From Candidatus Spyradocola merdavium (GTDB lineage: Bacteria > Bacillota > Clostridia > Christensenellales > UBA1750), in NCBI GenBank assembly GCA_018711265.1, contig DVIM01000040.1, forward strand, positions 1 to 56,946: a stretch of 56,946 nt of DNA, given 5' to 3'. Below, one piece after another: positions 33,942 through 46,174 of the stretch. Position 1 is the first letter of the stretch; every line of letters begins with the position of its first letter. The notes beneath the pieces were generated by a model. It searched no databases, had not been told where the DNA came from, and worked only from the letters and a program-made list of their open reading frames with translations. Made by a program: the position numbers and the translations under genes.

Positions 33942-33969
33942 TTGCGGCACACACGGCGCGGTGTATATG
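33942..33969 (+). promoter_or_regulatory. Candidate proximal promoter (P2) of S10 operon
   Basis: TTGCGG, 16-nt spacer, TATATG, preceded by AATTTTC. About 27 nt upstream of the rpsJ ATG. Confidence 0.35.
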
Positions 33970-33995
33970 AGTTCCACCTGCAAGGAGGGTAAAAC

Positions 33996-34304
33996 ATGGC
34001 CAATCAGAAGATCCGTATCAAGCTCAAGGCGTATGAGCACACCCTGATCGATCAGTCGGCAGAGCGCATTGTGGAGACGGCGAAGCGCACCGGCGCCCGC
34101 GTTTCCGGCCCGATTCCGCTCCCCACCGAGAAGGAAGTCGTCACCATCCTGCGCGCGACCCACAAGTACAAGGACTCCCGCGAGCAGTTCGAGATGCGCA
34201 CGCACAAGCGCCTGATCGACATCCTCTCGCCCACCCCCAAGACGGTGGATGCCCTGATGCGGCTGGATCTGCCCGCCGGCGTTGATATCGAGATCAAGCT
34301 CTAA
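33996..34304 (+). CDS. rpsJ: 30S ribosomal protein S10
   Basis: 102 aa, [20 protein letters not shown]. First gene of the canonical S10 operon order. Confidence 0.95.
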   Translation: MANQKIRIKLKAYEHTLIDQSAERIVETAKRTGARVSGPIPLPTEKEVVTILRATHKYKDSREQFEMRTHKRLIDILSPTPKTVDALMRLDLPAGVDIEIKL

Positions 34305-34324
34305 TGTTGGAGGTGCCAAGTAAG

Positions 34325-34966
<642 letters not shown>

Positions 34967-34995
34967 GAGCAAGCAATAAGGAGGAAACGCAAATT

Positions 34996-35619
34996 ATGCC
35001 TAAGATTGCATTGACGAACATGCAGGGCGCCAATGTCGGGGAGATCGAGCTCTCCGACGGCATCTTCGCTGTTCCCATGAATGAGCCTGTCGTGCACCAG
35101 GTGATCGTTGCACAGCTTGCCAATAAGCGTCAGGGAACCCAGAGCGCGCTGGGCCGCACGGAGGTTTCCGGCGGCGGCAGAAAGCCGTGGCGCCAGAAGG
35201 GCACCGGCCGCGCCCGCCAGGGCTCGACCCGCGCGCCCCAGTGGACGCACGGCGGCGTGGTCTTCGCGCCCAAGCCCCGCGATTACTCCAAGAGCGTGCC
35301 GCGCAAGGTCAAGCGCCTGGCGATGAAGTGCGCCCTGTCCTCCAAGGTGGCCGACGGCGACATGATCGTGCTGGACGCGCTGACCTTTGAGACCCCCAAG
35401 ACCCGCGAGATGGCCAAGGTCCTGACCGCCATCGGCGCGACGAAGAAGACCCTGCTGGTCCTGCCCGGCAAGGACGAGACGATCTACCGCGTCTCCAACA
35501 ACATCCCGGGCCTGGAAGTGGCCTTTGTCAACACCATCAACGTCCTGGACATCATGAAGTGCGACAAGTTCGTCGTCCTCAAGGATGCGGTCGCCCAGAT
35601 TGAGGAGGTGTACGCATAA
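34996..35619 (+). CDS. rplD: 50S ribosomal protein L4
   Basis: 207 aa; ..[19 protein letters not shown].. L4 signature. Confidence 0.95.
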   Translation: MPKIALTNMQGANVGEIELSDGIFAVPMNEPVVHQVIVAQLANKRQGTQSALGRTEVSGGGRKPWRQKGTGRARQGSTRAPQWTHGGVVFAPKPRDYSKSVPRKVKRLAMKCALSSKVADGDMIVLDALTFETPKTREMAKVLTAIGATKKTLLVLPGKDETIYRVSNNIPGLEVAFVNTINVLDIMKCDKFVVLKDAVAQIEEVYA

Positions 35620-35915
35620 TGAAGAACCCTCATGACATCATTCTGCGTCCGGTTCTCACCGAGGCCAGCTACGACGGAATTGCCAACAAGGACTACACGT
35701 TCGAAGTCGACATCAAGGCCAACAAGACCGAGATCAAGCAGGCGATCGAGACGATCTTCGACGTCAAGGTCGAGCGCGTGAACACCGTCCGCCAGATCGG
35801 CAAGGTCAAGCGCATGGGCCTGCACTCCGGCCGCCGCGCGGAGGTCAAGAAGGCCTACGTGAAGCTGACGGAGTCCTCTAAGCCCATCGCCTTCTTCGAG
35901 GGCATGGCCGAGTAA
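35619..35915 (+). CDS. rplW: 50S ribosomal protein L23
   Basis: 98 aa; operon position and ..[10 protein letters not shown].. pattern. Confidence 0.95.
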   Translation: MKNPHDIILRPVLTEASYDGIANKDYTFEVDIKANKTEIKQAIETIFDVKVERVNTVRQIGKVKRMGLHSGRRAEVKKAYVKLTESSKPIAFFEGMAE

Positions 35916-35943
35916 TTTTCGCTTTCTTAGGAGGGAATTTAGG

Positions 35944-36777
35944 ATGGCTATTAAGTTCTATAAGCCGACCTCTCCGGGCCGCCGCTTCATGTCGGTTTCC
36001 GCCTTCGAGGAAATCACCTGCACCACGCCCGAGAAGTCTCTGCTTGAAGATAAGCGCTCCACCGGCGGACGCAACGTCCACGGCAAGATCACCGTCCGCT
36101 TCCGCGGCGGCGCGGCGCGCAAGAAGTACCGCATCATCGATTTCAAGCGCAACAAGGACGGCATCCCCGCGCGCGTTGCGACCATCGAGTACGATCCCAA
36201 CCGCAGCGCCAACATCGCCCTGCTCTTCTACGCGGACGGCGAGAAGCGCTACATCATCGCCCCCTACGGCCTCAAGGTCGGCGACACGATCATGAGCGGC
36301 GAGGGCGCCGACATCAAGCCCGGCAACGCCCTGCCCATCGCCAACATCCCGCTTGGCACCCTGATCCACTGCATCGAGATGCTGCCCGGCAAGGGCGCGC
36401 AGCTGGTCCGCTCCGCGGGCAACGCGGCGCAGCTGATGGCCAAGGAAGGCGCCTGGGCGCAGGTCCGCCTGCCCTCCGGCGAGGTCCGCATGATCCCCAT
36501 GGGCTGCAAGGCCACCATCGGCCAGGTCGGCAACATCGATCATGAGAACGTCAACTACGGCAAGGCCGGCCGCGTTCGCCACATGGGCTTCCGCCCGCAC
36601 AACCGCGGCGTCGTCATGAACCCCAACGACCACCCGCACGGCGGTGGTGAAGGCAAGTCTCCTGTCGGTATGCCCGGACCTGTAACCCCCTGGGGCAAGC
36701 CCACGCAGGGCCGCAAGACCCGCAAGCATCGCAACCCCAGCGACAAGTTCATCGTCAAGCGCCGTAACGGCAAGTAA
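35944..36777 (+). CDS. rplB: 50S ribosomal protein L2
   Basis: 277 aa; [14 protein letters not shown].., ..[13 protein letters not shown].. Confidence 0.95.
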   Translation: MAIKFYKPTSPGRRFMSVSAFEEITCTTPEKSLLEDKRSTGGRNVHGKITVRFRGGAARKKYRIIDFKRNKDGIPARVATIEYDPNRSANIALLFYADGEKRYIIAPYGLKVGDTIMSGEGADIKPGNALPIANIPLGTLIHCIEMLPGKGAQLVRSAGNAAQLMAKEGAWAQVRLPSGEVRMIPMGCKATIGQVGNIDHENVNYGKAGRVRHMGFRPHNRGVVMNPNDHPHGGGEGKSPVGMPGPVTPWGKPTQGRKTRKHRNPSDKFIVKRRNGK

Positions 36778-36798
36778 GCCAGTAAGGAGGCAAGCTTC

Positions 36799-37077
36799 AT
36801 GTCCAGATCCGTTAAGAAGGGCCCTTACGTGGAAGCCAGGCTTCTGAAAAGGGTTGAAGAAATGAACAACAAGGGCGAGAAGAAGGTGCTCAAGACGTGG
36901 TCCCGCGCGTCCACGATCTTCCCCGACTTTGTGGGGCACACCATCGCCGTCCATGATGGCCGCAAGCACGTCCCCGTTTACGTGACCGAGGAAATGGTGG
37001 GCCACAAGCTGGGCGAGTTCGCGCCCACGCGCACGTTCCGCGGTCATGCCGGTGAAAAGTCCACCGGCGGCCGTTAG
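36799..37077 (+). CDS. rpsS: 30S ribosomal protein S19
   Basis: 92 aa; [28 protein letters not shown].. Confidence 0.95.
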   Translation: MSRSVKKGPYVEARLLKRVEEMNNKGEKKVLKTWSRASTIFPDFVGHTIAVHDGRKHVPVYVTEEMVGHKLGEFAPTRTFRGHAGEKSTGGR

Positions 37078-37093
37078 GAAGGAGGATACAAAC

Positions 37094-37477
37094 ATGGCCA
37101 CCAGATCCCGTGAAAAGAGCGCGGCGCGCAAGGCCAATGCCGACAAGCGCGCGCGTTGCACCGCCAAATACGTCCGCATTCCTTCCCGCAAGGTCCACAT
37201 CGTCCTGGACCTGATCCGCGGCAAGAGCGCCGACCAGGCGCTGGCGATCCTCATGAACACGCCCAAGGCGGCGGCGCCCATTGTTGCCAAGGTTCTCAAC
37301 AGCGCGATTGCCAACGCCGAGAACAACCTCGAGCTGGACCGCAGCACGCTTTACGTTGCGGAGTGCTACGCCAACCAGGGCCCGACCCTGAAGCGTTTCC
37401 ATCCCCGCTCCAGAGGGCAGGCGTTCTCGATCCTGAAGCGCTCCAGCCACATCACCGTGGTGCTGGACCAGAAGTAA
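37094..37477 (+). CDS. rplV: 50S ribosomal protein L22
   Basis: 127 aa from [16 protein letters not shown]...[19 protein letters not shown] (GGAAGGAGG RBS). Confidence 0.9.
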   Translation: MATRSREKSAARKANADKRARCTAKYVRIPSRKVHIVLDLIRGKSADQALAILMNTPKAAAPIVAKVLNSAIANAENNLELDRSTLYVAECYANQGPTLKRFHPRSRGQAFSILKRSSHITVVLDQK

Positions 37478-37492
37478 CAAGGAGGAAGATTC

Positions 37493-38164
37493 ATGGGGCA
37501 GAAAGTTAATCCGCATGGCGCCAGAGTCGGCGTCATCAAGGATTGGTCCGCGCGTTGGTACGCCAACAAGAAGGATTTTTCGAACTACCTTGTGGAAGAT
37601 CACGCCCTGCGCACCATGCTCAAGGAAAAGCTCTTCGGCGCCGGCATCTCCCACATTGATATTGAGCGCGCTTCCAACAAGGTGACGGTCAACATCTTCA
37701 CCGCCAAGCCCGGCATCGTCATCGGCCGCGGCGGCGCGGGCGCCGAGGCGCTCAAGAAGGAGATCGAGGCCTTCACCGGCAAGGCGGTCTCCCTGAACAT
37801 CCTGGAGATCAAGCAGCCCGAGGCCGACGCCCAGCTCGTCGCTGAGAAGGTTGCCCAGTCCCTGGAAAAGCGCGTTTCCTTCCGCCGTGCGATGAAGCAG
37901 AGCCTGGGCTTTGCGATGCGCGCTGGCGCCAAGGGAATCAAGATGCAGGTCTCCGGCCGCCTGGGCGGCGCGGAAATCGCGCGGTCCGAGGGGTATCATG
38001 AGGGTTCCATCCCGCTGCAGACCCTGCGCGCGAACATCGATTACGGCTTTGCCGAAGCCAGCACCACCTATGGCCGCATTGGCGTTAAGGTGTGGATTTA
38101 CAAGGGTCAGGTGCTTCCCCGCGCCAAGAAGACCCCCGTCAAGTCCGCGGAGGGAGGAAAGTAA
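37493..38164 (+). CDS. rpsC: 30S ribosomal protein S3
   Basis: 223 aa; [18 protein letters not shown].. Confidence 0.95.
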   Translation: MGQKVNPHGARVGVIKDWSARWYANKKDFSNYLVEDHALRTMLKEKLFGAGISHIDIERASNKVTVNIFTAKPGIVIGRGGAGAEALKKEIEAFTGKAVSLNILEIKQPEADAQLVAEKVAQSLEKRVSFRRAMKQSLGFAMRAGAKGIKMQVSGRLGGAEIARSEGYHEGSIPLQTLRANIDYGFAEASTTYGRIGVKVWIYKGQVLPRAKKTPVKSAEGGK

Positions 38165-38167
38165 GTC

Positions 38168-38602
38168 ATGTTGATGCCGAAGAGAGTCAAGCGCCGCCGC
38201 GTCATGCGCGGACGCATGAAGGGCAAGGCGAGCCGCGGCAACTTCGTTGCCTACGGCGAGTATGGCCTGCAGGCCACCGAGCCCTGCTGGGTTACGTCCC
38301 GTCAGATTGAGGCTGCTCGTATCGCGATGACTCGTTTCATCCGCCGCGGCGGCCAGGTCTGGATCAAGATTTTCCCCGACAAGCCCGTCACCCAGAAGCC
38401 GGCGGAGACCCGAATGGGTTCCGGTAAGGGCTCGCCCGAATACTGGGTTGCGGTGGTCAAGCCCGGCCGCGTGCTGTTTGAGATCGCAGGCGTTCCGGAG
38501 GAGTCCGCGCGCGAGGCGCTGCGCCTGGCTGCCCACAAGCTGCCGCTGAAGACCAAGATCGTCGCTAAGGCCGACAAAGTGCAGGGTGGTGAAGAAGAAT
38601 GA
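38168..38602 (+). CDS. rplP: 50S ribosomal protein L16
   Basis: 144 aa; [19 protein letters not shown].. Confidence 0.95.
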   Translation: MLMPKRVKRRRVMRGRMKGKASRGNFVAYGEYGLQATEPCWVTSRQIEAARIAMTRFIRRGGQVWIKIFPDKPVTQKPAETRMGSGKGSPEYWVAVVKPGRVLFEIAGVPEESAREALRLAAHKLPLKTKIVAKADKVQGGEEE

Positions 38603-38799
38603 AAGCGAACAAGTACTTTGATATGACGGATACGGAGCTGGACCAGCAGCTGGCAGAGCTCAAGTCGGAGCTCTTCAACCTTCGCTTTCAACTGGCCACC
38701 GGCCAGCTTCAGAATCCCATGATGATCCGCGAGACGAAGCGAAACATCGCTCGGGTCAAGACTATTCTGCGTGATCGTCAGATCAAGGCGCAGGCCTGA
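38599..38799 (+). CDS. rpmC: 50S ribosomal protein L29
   Basis: 66 aa; ..[21 protein letters not shown].. Confidence 0.95.
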   Translation: MKANKYFDMTDTELDQQLAELKSELFNLRFQLATGQLQNPMMIRETKRNIARVKTILRDRQIKAQA

Positions 38800-38825
38800 T
38801 CACGAAACGGAAAGGAGAAACCTCA

Positions 38826-39086
38826 ATGTCTGAAGTCAGAGGAAACCGTAAGGTCCGCGTCGGGGTCGTGGTCAGCGATAAGATGGATAAGACCATTGTG
38901 GTTGCGATCAGAACCCGCGTCAAGCACGGCCTGTACGGCAAGATCATGAACCGTACCACCAAGCTCAAGGCGCACGACGAGAACAACTCCTGTGGCGTGG
39001 GCGACGTCGTTCGCGTGATGGAGACCCGCCCGCTGAGCCGCGAGAAGCGCTGGCGCCTGGTGGAGATCGTCGAGAAGGCGAAGTAA
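38826..39086 (+). CDS. rpsQ: 30S ribosomal protein S17
   Basis: 86 aa; ..[19 protein letters not shown].. Confidence 0.95.
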   Translation: MSEVRGNRKVRVGVVVSDKMDKTIVVAIRTRVKHGLYGKIMNRTTKLKAHDENNSCGVGDVVRVMETRPLSREKRWRLVEIVEKAK

Positions 39087-39110
39087 GCCGCAGTAAGGGA
39101 GGGTAAAAAA

Positions 39111-39479
<369 letters not shown>

Positions 39480-39494
39480 TTGGAGGTAGACGAC

Positions 39495-39821
39495 ATGGCT
39501 ACGCCTAAGAAGATTCACGTCAAGAAGAATGACACCGTAGTGGTCATTTCCGGTAAGGACGCCGGCAAGAAGGGCAAGGTGCTGGTGGCGATGCCTTCCG
39601 AGGGGAAGATCATCGTCGAGGGCGTCGCGATGGCGACCAAGCACAAGAAGCCGCGCGGCCTTGGCCAGCAGGGCGGCATCGTCCATCAGGAGGCCCCGAT
39701 CTACGCCTCCAAGGTGATGCTGGTTTGCCCCAGCTGCGGAAAGCCGACCCGCCTCGCCCACAAGCTGCTCGAGGACGGCTCCAAGGTTCGTCTGTGCAAG
39801 AAGTGCGGCGAGACCTTCTAA
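39495..39821 (+). CDS. rplX: 50S ribosomal protein L24
   Basis: 108 aa from [29 protein letters not shown] (KOW motif). Confidence 0.9.
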   Translation: MATPKKIHVKKNDTVVVISGKDAGKKGKVLVAMPSEGKIIVEGVAMATKHKKPRGLGQQGGIVHQEAPIYASKVMLVCPSCGKPTRLAHKLLEDGSKVRLCKKCGETF

Positions 39822-39845
39822 ATCAAGCAAGGGAGGGACAAGAGA

Positions 39846-40388
39846 GTGTCTAGACTCAAGGACAAGTACAAGACCGAAGTCGCCCCTGCTATGATGGCGA
39901 AGTTCGGCTATAAGAACGTAATGCAGATCCCGCGCCTCGACAAGATCGTCATCAACATGGGCCTTGGCGAGACGAAGGACAACCCCAAGTCGTTCGACGC
40001 GGCGCTGGCGGACCTGACCGTCATCGCCGGCCAGAAGCCCCTGGCGACCCTTGCCAAGAAGTCCGTTGCGAACTTCAAGGTCCGCGAGGGCATGAAGATC
40101 GGCGCCAAGGTCACCCTGCGCAGCGAGAGAATGTATGAGTTTGCCGACAAGCTCATGAACATCGCCCTGCCGCGCGTGCGCGACTTCCGCGGCGTTTCCA
40201 CCAAGGCCTTCGACGGCCGCGGCAACTACGCCCTGGGCATCCGCGAGCAGCTGCTGTTCCCGGAGATCGAGTACGACAAGGTGGACAAGATTCGCGGCAT
40301 GGAGATGATCTTCGTCACCACCGCCAAGACCGACGAGGAAGCCAGGGAGCTGCTCAGACTGCTGGGCATGCCCTTTGCGCAGGCCTAA
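39846..40388 (+). CDS. rplE: 50S ribosomal protein L5
   Basis: 180 aa, GTG start; [26 protein letters not shown].. Confidence 0.95.
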   Translation: MSRLKDKYKTEVAPAMMAKFGYKNVMQIPRLDKIVINMGLGETKDNPKSFDAALADLTVIAGQKPLATLAKKSVANFKVREGMKIGAKVTLRSERMYEFADKLMNIALPRVRDFRGVSTKAFDGRGNYALGIREQLLFPEIEYDKVDKIRGMEMIFVTTAKTDEEARELLRLLGMPFAQA

Positions 40389-40408
40389 GGGGAGGAGAAC
40401 GGAAAACT

Positions 40409-40594
40409 ATGGCTAAGAAGTCGATTGTCATTCGCCAGAAGAGGGAGCCGAAGTTCTCCACGCGCGCCTACACGCGCTGCCGCATCTGCGGCCGTCCTCA
40501 CTCTGTTTTGAGGAAGTACGGCATTTGCCGCATCTGCTTCCGCGAGCTTGCGTACAAGGGGGAGATCCCCGGCGTGCGCAAGGCGAGCTGGTAA
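40409..40594 (+). CDS. rpsZ: 30S ribosomal protein S14, type Z (zinc-binding)
   Basis: 61 aa with CRICGRP..CRIC Zn ribbon. Confidence 0.95.
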   Translation: MAKKSIVIRQKREPKFSTRAYTRCRICGRPHSVLRKYGICRICFRELAYKGEIPGVRKASW

Positions 40595-40622
40595 GCCGGA
40601 GTAGACGGAAGGAGGTAACACA

Positions 40623-41021
40623 ATGCTCGTTAATGATCCCATCGCAGATATGTTGACCCGCATCCGCAACGCTCTGGTTGCAAAGCACGATTCGATCCTC
40701 GTCCCCGCGTCCAACGAGAAGAAGGCCGTGGCCAAGATCCTGCTGGACGAGGGCTTCATCAAGTCCGTGGACCTGGTGGAGGACGGCGTGCAGGGCGCGA
40801 TCAAGATTGGCCTGAAGTACGATGCCAACCGCAAGAGCGTCATCACGGGTCTTAAGAGAATCTCCAAGCCCGGCCTTCGCGTCTATGCGAAGAGCGAGGA
40901 GCTGCCCAAGGTCCTCGGCGGCCTGGGTATCGCCATCATCTCGACGTCCAAGGGCGTCATGACCGATAAAGAAGCCCGCAAGAACGCAGTCGGCGGCGAA
41001 GTCCTCTGCTACGTTTGGTAA
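40623..41021 (+). CDS. rpsH: 30S ribosomal protein S8
   Basis: 132 aa; ..[13 protein letters not shown].. Confidence 0.95.
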   Translation: MLVNDPIADMLTRIRNALVAKHDSILVPASNEKKAVAKILLDEGFIKSVDLVEDGVQGAIKIGLKYDANRKSVITGLKRISKPGLRVYAKSEELPKVLGGLGIAIISTSKGVMTDKEARKNAVGGEVLCYVW

Positions 41022-41050
41022 GCGCTTGAACATTTGGAGGTAATTGAATT

Positions 41051-41593
41051 ATGTCGAGAATCGGCAGACTTCCGGTTGCCATCCCCGCGGGCGTGACGGT
41101 CAAGGTGGACGATCACAACGTCGTCACCGTCAAGGGCCCCAAGGGTGAGCTGACCCAGCACATTCACAACGACATGAAGATCGAGATCGAGGGCGCGACG
41201 CTGCGCGTCTCCCGCCCCTCGGACGACAAGATGCACAGGTCTCTGCACGGCCTGAGCCGCACGCTGATCAACAACATGATCATCGGCGTGACCCAGGGCT
41301 ACCAGAAGGCGCTGGACGTCGTGGGCGTGGGCTACCGCGCGCAGATGCAGGGCAAGAACCTGGTTCTCACCATCGGTTACTCGCATCCGGTCGAAATGGT
41401 TCCCGTGGACGGCATCGCCTTCGAGTGCCCGACCCCCAACAAGATCATCGTCAAGGGGATCGACAAGCAGCTCGTCGGCGCCATTGCAGCCAATGTCCGT
41501 TCTGTCCGCGAGCCCGAACCCTACCATGGCAAGGGCATCAAGTATGAAACCGAAGTCATCCGCCGCAAGGAAGGCAAGACCGGTAAGAAGTAA
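41051..41593 (+). CDS. rplF: 50S ribosomal protein L6
   Basis: 180 aa; [17 protein letters not shown].. Confidence 0.95.
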   Translation: MSRIGRLPVAIPAGVTVKVDDHNVVTVKGPKGELTQHIHNDMKIEIEGATLRVSRPSDDKMHRSLHGLSRTLINNMIIGVTQGYQKALDVVGVGYRAQMQGKNLVLTIGYSHPVEMVPVDGIAFECPTPNKIIVKGIDKQLVGAIAANVRSVREPEPYHGKGIKYETEVIRRKEGKTGKK

Positions 41594-41607
41594 AGGGGTG
41601 AGCGCAA

Positions 41608-41976
41608 GTGATCCAGAAGAGGGACAAAAACGAAATTCGCAGGATTCGTCACGAGCGCGTCCGCAAGAAGATCTCCGGCAACGCGGAGCGCCCGCGCTTT
41701 TGCGTGTATCGGAGCCTGAAGAATATTTACGTTCAGATTATCGACGACACAAAGGGTGTTACCCTGTGCCAGGCCTCGACCTTGGACAAGGAGATCAAGC
41801 CGCAGCTTGAGTCCGTGGACAAGAAGGGCGCCGCCAAGCTCGTCGGCAAGCTCGCCGCGGAGCGCGCCCTGGCCGCCGGCATCAAGGAAGTGGTGTTCGA
41901 CCGTGGTGGCTACGTCTACACCGGTCGCGTGGCCGAGGTTGCCGCCGCCGCTCGTGAAGCCGGGCTCGATTTCTAA
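41608..41976 (+). CDS. rplR: 50S ribosomal protein L18
   Basis: 122 aa, GTG start; ..[33 protein letters not shown].. Confidence 0.95.
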   Translation: MIQKRDKNEIRRIRHERVRKKISGNAERPRFCVYRSLKNIYVQIIDDTKGVTLCQASTLDKEIKPQLESVDKKGAAKLVGKLAAERALAAGIKEVVFDRGGYVYTGRVAEVAAAAREAGLDF

Positions 41977-41994
41977 GCGTAAGGAGGGAAAAGG

Positions 41995-42495
41995 ATGCAG
42001 CGCTACAATCGCGAAGAGAGCGAATTCAAGGAAAAACTCGTCGCCGTTAACCGCGTGACCAAGGTCGTCAAGGGCGGCCGCAACTTCCGCTTCAGCGCCC
42101 TGATCGTCATCGGCGACGGCAAGGGCCGCGTCGGCTGCGGCATGGGCAAGGCGGCGGAAATTCCCGAGGCCATCCGCAAGGGCGTCGAGGACGCCAAGAA
42201 GAACCTCATCACCGTGCCGATCGTGGGCACCACGATCCCGCACGAGGTGATCGGCAAGTTCGGCACCGGCTCCGTCGTGCTCAAGCCCGCTCCCGAAGGC
42301 ACCGGCGTTATCGCCGGCGGTCCTGCGCGTGCGGTCATCGAGACGGCCGGCATCCGGGATATCGTCACCAAGTCTTACGGCACCAACAACCCCATCAACG
42401 TCGTCAAGGCGACGATCGAGGGCCTGAGCCGTTTGAAGACCGCGGAAGAGGTCGCGCGCCTGCGCGGCAAGTCCGTCGAAGAGCTGTTGGGCTAA
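41995..42495 (+). CDS. rpsE: 30S ribosomal protein S5
   Basis: 166 aa; ..[32 protein letters not shown].. Confidence 0.95.
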   Translation: MQRYNREESEFKEKLVAVNRVTKVVKGGRNFRFSALIVIGDGKGRVGCGMGKAAEIPEAIRKGVEDAKKNLITVPIVGTTIPHEVIGKFGTGSVVLKPAPEGTGVIAGGPARAVIETAGIRDIVTKSYGTNNPINVVKATIEGLSRLKTAEEVARLRGKSVEELLG

Positions 42496-42510
42496 GGAGG
42501 GTGTTTCAAA

Positions 42511-42693
42511 ATGAAGCTGAAAATCACGCTCATGAAGAGCACCATCGGCCGGCATGAAAACCAGATCCGCACGGTGAAGGCGCTGGGCCTGAAGAAGATC
42601 CGCTCCACCGTGGTGCAGCCCGACAATCCCGCGATCCGCGGCATGATTTTCACGGTGAAACATCTGGTTTCTGTCGAAGAAATCGCTGACTAA
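42511..42693 (+). CDS. rpmD: 50S ribosomal protein L30
   Basis: 60 aa; [27 protein letters not shown].. Confidence 0.95.
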   Translation: MKLKITLMKSTIGRHENQIRTVKALGLKKIRSTVVQPDNPAIRGMIFTVKHLVSVEEIAD

Positions 42694-42707
42694 TCAGGAG
42701 GTGCGCG

Positions 42708-43148
42708 ATGAAACTCCATGAGATTTCTCCCGCAGCCGGTTCCACCACCGCCCCCAAGAGATTGGGCCGCGGCGTGGGATCCGGCCTGGGCAAAACTTCC
42801 GGTAAGGGCCACAAGGGCAGCAAAGCGCGCTCCGGTGGCGGCAAGGCCCAGGGCTTTGAGGGCGGCCAGATGAAGCTGGTCCGCCGCATCCCCAAGCGCG
42901 GCTTTACCAACATCTATGCGAAGGAATACGCTACGATCAACCTCTCCGCTCTGGAGGCGTTCGAGGACGGCGCCGTCGTGGACGCGCAGGCCCTGAAGAA
43001 CGCGGGCATCGTCAAGAACGCGAAGGACGGCATCAAGGTCCTGGGAAATGGCGAGCTGACCAAGAAGCTCACGGTCAAGGCCGCCAAGTTCTCCAAGTCC
43101 GCTGCGGAGAAAATCGAGGGCAATGGTGGGAAAGCAGAGGTGATCTAA
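42708..43148 (+). CDS. rplO: 50S ribosomal protein L15
   Basis: 146 aa; [32 protein letters not shown].. Confidence 0.95.
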   Translation: MKLHEISPAAGSTTAPKRLGRGVGSGLGKTSGKGHKGSKARSGGGKAQGFEGGQMKLVRRIPKRGFTNIYAKEYATINLSALEAFEDGAVVDAQALKNAGIVKNAKDGIKVLGNGELTKKLTVKAAKFSKSAAEKIEGNGGKAEVI

Positions 43149-43149
43149 C

Positions 43150-44418
43150 GTGCTGGAAACTTTCCGCAATGCTTGGAAGGTGGAGGACCTCCGCAAGAGG
43201 ATCATCTACACGTTAGTCATGCTTCTGATCTACCGCGTCGGCTCCGTCATCCCGACGCCCGGCGTCAACGTCGACTACATCGCCCAGCAGGTGTCCAACA
43301 TCTCCATGCTCGGCATGCTCGACTTCATCAACGGCCAGAACTTCTCGAACTTCACGATCTTTGCCATGGGCATCTCGCCCTACATCACCTCATCGATTAT
43401 CATGCAGCTCCTGACCATCGCCATCCCCGCTCTTGAGCGGCTGCAGAAGGAAGGCGAGGAGGGCCGCAAGAAGATTGCCGAGATCACCCGCGTGGTCACC
43501 ATCGCGCTGGGCTGCATCATGGCCATCGGCATCATCCTGGGCTTCGGCTCCGGCGCCATGGCCAGAGGCGAGGACGCCAACTTCCTGGACTACGCGCTGG
43601 TCTTCCTGACGCTTGCCGCCGGTACCGCGCTGACCATGTGGATTGGCGAGCGCATCACCCAGAACGGCGTCGGCAATGGGATTTCTTTGTTAATCTTTGT
43701 GGGTATTATTGCGAGTTTCCCGGGACAGGTTTATACTGGTATTCAGTCGGTGATTCTCAACCCCATGAGCGCGTGGGCCATCCCCGTGGTCATCGTGGGC
43801 ATCATCGTCCTGGTTGTGGGCATTGTGTTTGTGGATTCCGGTCAGCGCCGGATCCCCGTGCAGTACGCCAAGCGCATGGTCGGCCGCAAGATGTACGGCG
43901 GTCAGTCCACCCACATCCCCATGAAGGTCAACTCCACCGGCGTCATGCCGCTCATCTTTGCCATTTCCATCATCCAGTTCCCCGGGTTGATCGCGCAGTT
44001 CTGGCCGACCTCCGGGTTTGCGCTGTGGTATGGCAGATGGTTTAACGCGTCCAGCTGGGTGTACATGGTCGTGTATGCACTGCTCATCCTGTTCTTCACG
44101 TACTTCTACACCAGCATTTCCTTCAACCCCACGGAGATGAGCAAGAATCTGCAGCAGAACGGCGGCTTCATCCCGGGCATCCGCCCCGGCAAGCCCACGG
44201 CAGACTATCTCTCCCGCATCTCCAACCGCATCACGCTCTTCGGCGCGATCTTCCTGGCCCTGATTGCGACGATTCCCTCGGCGATCCTGGCGCTGACTGG
44301 CAACAGCGCGCCCTTCACCGCCACGGGTATCCTGATCGTCGTCTCCGTCGCCATGGAGACCACCCAGCAGCTCGAAGCGCAGATGATGATGCGCCACTAC
44401 AAGGGCTTTATGAAGTAA
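43150..44418 (+). CDS. secY: Preprotein translocase subunit SecY
   Basis: 422-aa polytopic ORF, GTG start; ..FAMGISPYITSSIIMQLL.. and ..GGFIPGIRPGKPT.. Confidence 0.95.
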   Translation: MLETFRNAWKVEDLRKRIIYTLVMLLIYRVGSVIPTPGVNVDYIAQQVSNISMLGMLDFINGQNFSNFTIFAMGISPYITSSIIMQLLTIAIPALERLQKEGEEGRKKIAEITRVVTIALGCIMAIGIILGFGSGAMARGEDANFLDYALVFLTLAAGTALTMWIGERITQNGVGNGISLLIFVGIIASFPGQVYTGIQSVILNPMSAWAIPVVIVGIIVLVVGIVFVDSGQRRIPVQYAKRMVGRKMYGGQSTHIPMKVNSTGVMPLIFAISIIQFPGLIAQFWPTSGFALWYGRWFNASSWVYMVVYALLILFFTYFYTSISFNPTEMSKNLQQNGGFIPGIRPGKPTADYLSRISNRITLFGAIFLALIATIPSAILALTGNSAPFTATGILIVVSVAMETTQQLEAQMMMRHYKGFMK

Positions 44419-44459
44419 GGCCCCGCCACCCCAACGTCCAGGAAGGAGGAAGCTGAACC

Positions 44460-45080
44460 ATGAAGATCGTATTCTTGGGCCCTCCCGGCGCGGGCAAGGG
44501 CACGCAGGCGGAGAAGATCATCTCCCGCCTGGGCATCCCGCAGATCAGCACCGGGGAGATCCTCCGCCGCGCCATCCGCGAAAAGACCCCCACGGGTCTG
44601 GAGGCGCAGAGCTACATCGAAAAGGGCGCGCTCGTGCCCGACGACGTGGTCGTGCGCATCGTCCGGGACCGCATTGCGGAGCCGGACTGCAAGAACGGAT
44701 ACCTGCTCGACGGGTTCCCCCGCACGCTGCCCCAGGCGGAGGCGCTGGCCTCCTTTGAGTCCATCGACGTGGTCGTCAACCTGGAAGTTCCCGCCTCCCT
44801 GCTGATCCACCGGCTCAGCGGGAGAAGGGTATGCGCGCAGTGCGGCTACACCACTCACGTGGACAGGGGAGAGGCGAAGTGCCCCAAGTGCGGCGCGGAG
44901 CTGACGCAGCGCAAGGACGATGCGCCGGAGTCCGTGCAGAACCGCCTGGACGTCTACGAGAAGCAGACCAAGCCCCTGATCGACTTCTACGCCGAGAAGG
45001 GCCTGCTCAAGAACGTGGACGGCTCCAAGCCCCTTGCGGAAGTCACAGAGGCCATTCTGGCGGCCCTTGGGAGCAACTAG
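44460..45080 (+). CDS. adk: Adenylate kinase (Zn-binding lid)
   Basis: 206 aa; MKIVFLGPPGAGKGTQA..; lid CAQCGY..CPKCG. Confidence 0.95.
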   Translation: MKIVFLGPPGAGKGTQAEKIISRLGIPQISTGEILRRAIREKTPTGLEAQSYIEKGALVPDDVVVRIVRDRIAEPDCKNGYLLDGFPRTLPQAEALASFESIDVVVNLEVPASLLIHRLSGRRVCAQCGYTTHVDRGEAKCPKCGAELTQRKDDAPESVQNRLDVYEKQTKPLIDFYAEKGLLKNVDGSKPLAEVTEAILAALGSN

Positions 45081-45857
45081 ATGATCACATACAAAACGCA
45101 AGCCGAGATTGAGAAGATGCGCAGGGCTGGACAAGTGCTCTTTGCCGCCATGAAGGCGGTCAAGAGCGCCATCCGCCCCGGTGTGACCACGGCCGAGCTC
45201 GACCGGGTAGCCGAAAGCGTCATCCGCTCGCACGGCGCGATTCCGTCCGAAAAGGGATATGAGGGATTTCCGGGCTCCATCTGCGCGTCTCCGGACGACA
45301 TGGTGGTGCACGGCATCCCCTCTGAATCGGTGGTCCTGCGGGAAGGGCAGATCATTTCCATTGACTGCACGGTGCTGCTGGACGGGTACCAGGCCGACAT
45401 GGCGCGGACCTTCCCGGTGGGGGAGATCTCGCCCGAGGCCCAGGCCCTGATCGACGCGGCGAAGGAGAGCTTTGGCAAGGGCCTGGCCTTCGCGCGCAAG
45501 GGATACCGGATCGGAGACATTTCCCACGCCATCCAGACCTCAGTGGAAGGACATGGCTACGGCGTGGTGCGCAGCTTGTGCGGCCACGGAATCGGGAAGG
45601 AGATGCACGAGGACCCCGAGGTGCCGAACTTCGGCAAGCCGGGGCACGGGCTGCGTCTTCGCGAGGGGCTGTGCATCGCGGTGGAGCCCATGATCACGGC
45701 GGGGGACTATCGCGTCTACATCGCCGAGGACAACTGGGCCTTCCTCACGCGAGACCACTCTCTGAGTGCGCACTACGAAAACACTTTGGCGATCACGGAA
45801 AGCGGCGAGGCGCTGATCCTGACGATGCCGGACGGCTTCGATGGGGAGGACGTATGA
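45081..45857 (+). CDS. map: Type I methionine aminopeptidase
   Basis: 258 aa; ..ICASPDDMVVHGIP..ISIDCTV..GHGIGKEMHEDP.. Confidence 0.95.
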   Translation: MITYKTQAEIEKMRRAGQVLFAAMKAVKSAIRPGVTTAELDRVAESVIRSHGAIPSEKGYEGFPGSICASPDDMVVHGIPSESVVLREGQIISIDCTVLLDGYQADMARTFPVGEISPEAQALIDAAKESFGKGLAFARKGYRIGDISHAIQTSVEGHGYGVVRSLCGHGIGKEMHEDPEVPNFGKPGHGLRLREGLCIAVEPMITAGDYRVYIAEDNWAFLTRDHSLSAHYENTLAITESGEALILTMPDGFDGEDV

Positions 45858-46174
45858 CGCCGGATGTGAAGATCGGTCAGGTCGTTCGCTCGACAAAGGG
45901 CCGCGACGCGGGGAGGCTGTTTCTCGTCGTCGGCTTTGCCGACGAGGAGCACGCCCTGCTCTGCGACGGGGACCTGCGGCGGATCGATTCGCCAAAGAAG
46001 AAGAAACGCAAGCATTTCCTGCCAACGCAGGAATTGATTTCCAGTCTCGGGGAGAGGCTAACACGGGGCGAAGCGGTCTGCGATGCGCACATCCGCAAGG
46101 CCCTGGCCGCCCTGAGGGATCAAGGATTGGATGCGCCTTGCAAGGAGGTTAAAGAGTGTCGAAGCAGGATGTAA
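45854..46174 (+). CDS. KOW domain-containing RNA-binding protein
   Basis: 106 aa from [27 protein letters not shown].. ATGA overlap with the map stop. Position between map and infA is typical of Clostridia. Confidence 0.75.
   Translation: MTPDVKIGQVVRSTKGRDAGRLFLVVGFADEEHALLCDGDLRRIDSPKKKKRKHFLPTQELISSLGERLTRGEAVCDAHIRKALAALRDQGLDAPCKEVKECRSRM

Noticed and set aside
40409-45080. Zinc-ribbon forms of S14 (type Z) and the adenylate kinase lid (CxxC..CxxC) as unusual features.
   Set aside because: Both are the normal forms in Firmicutes and are not noteworthy.
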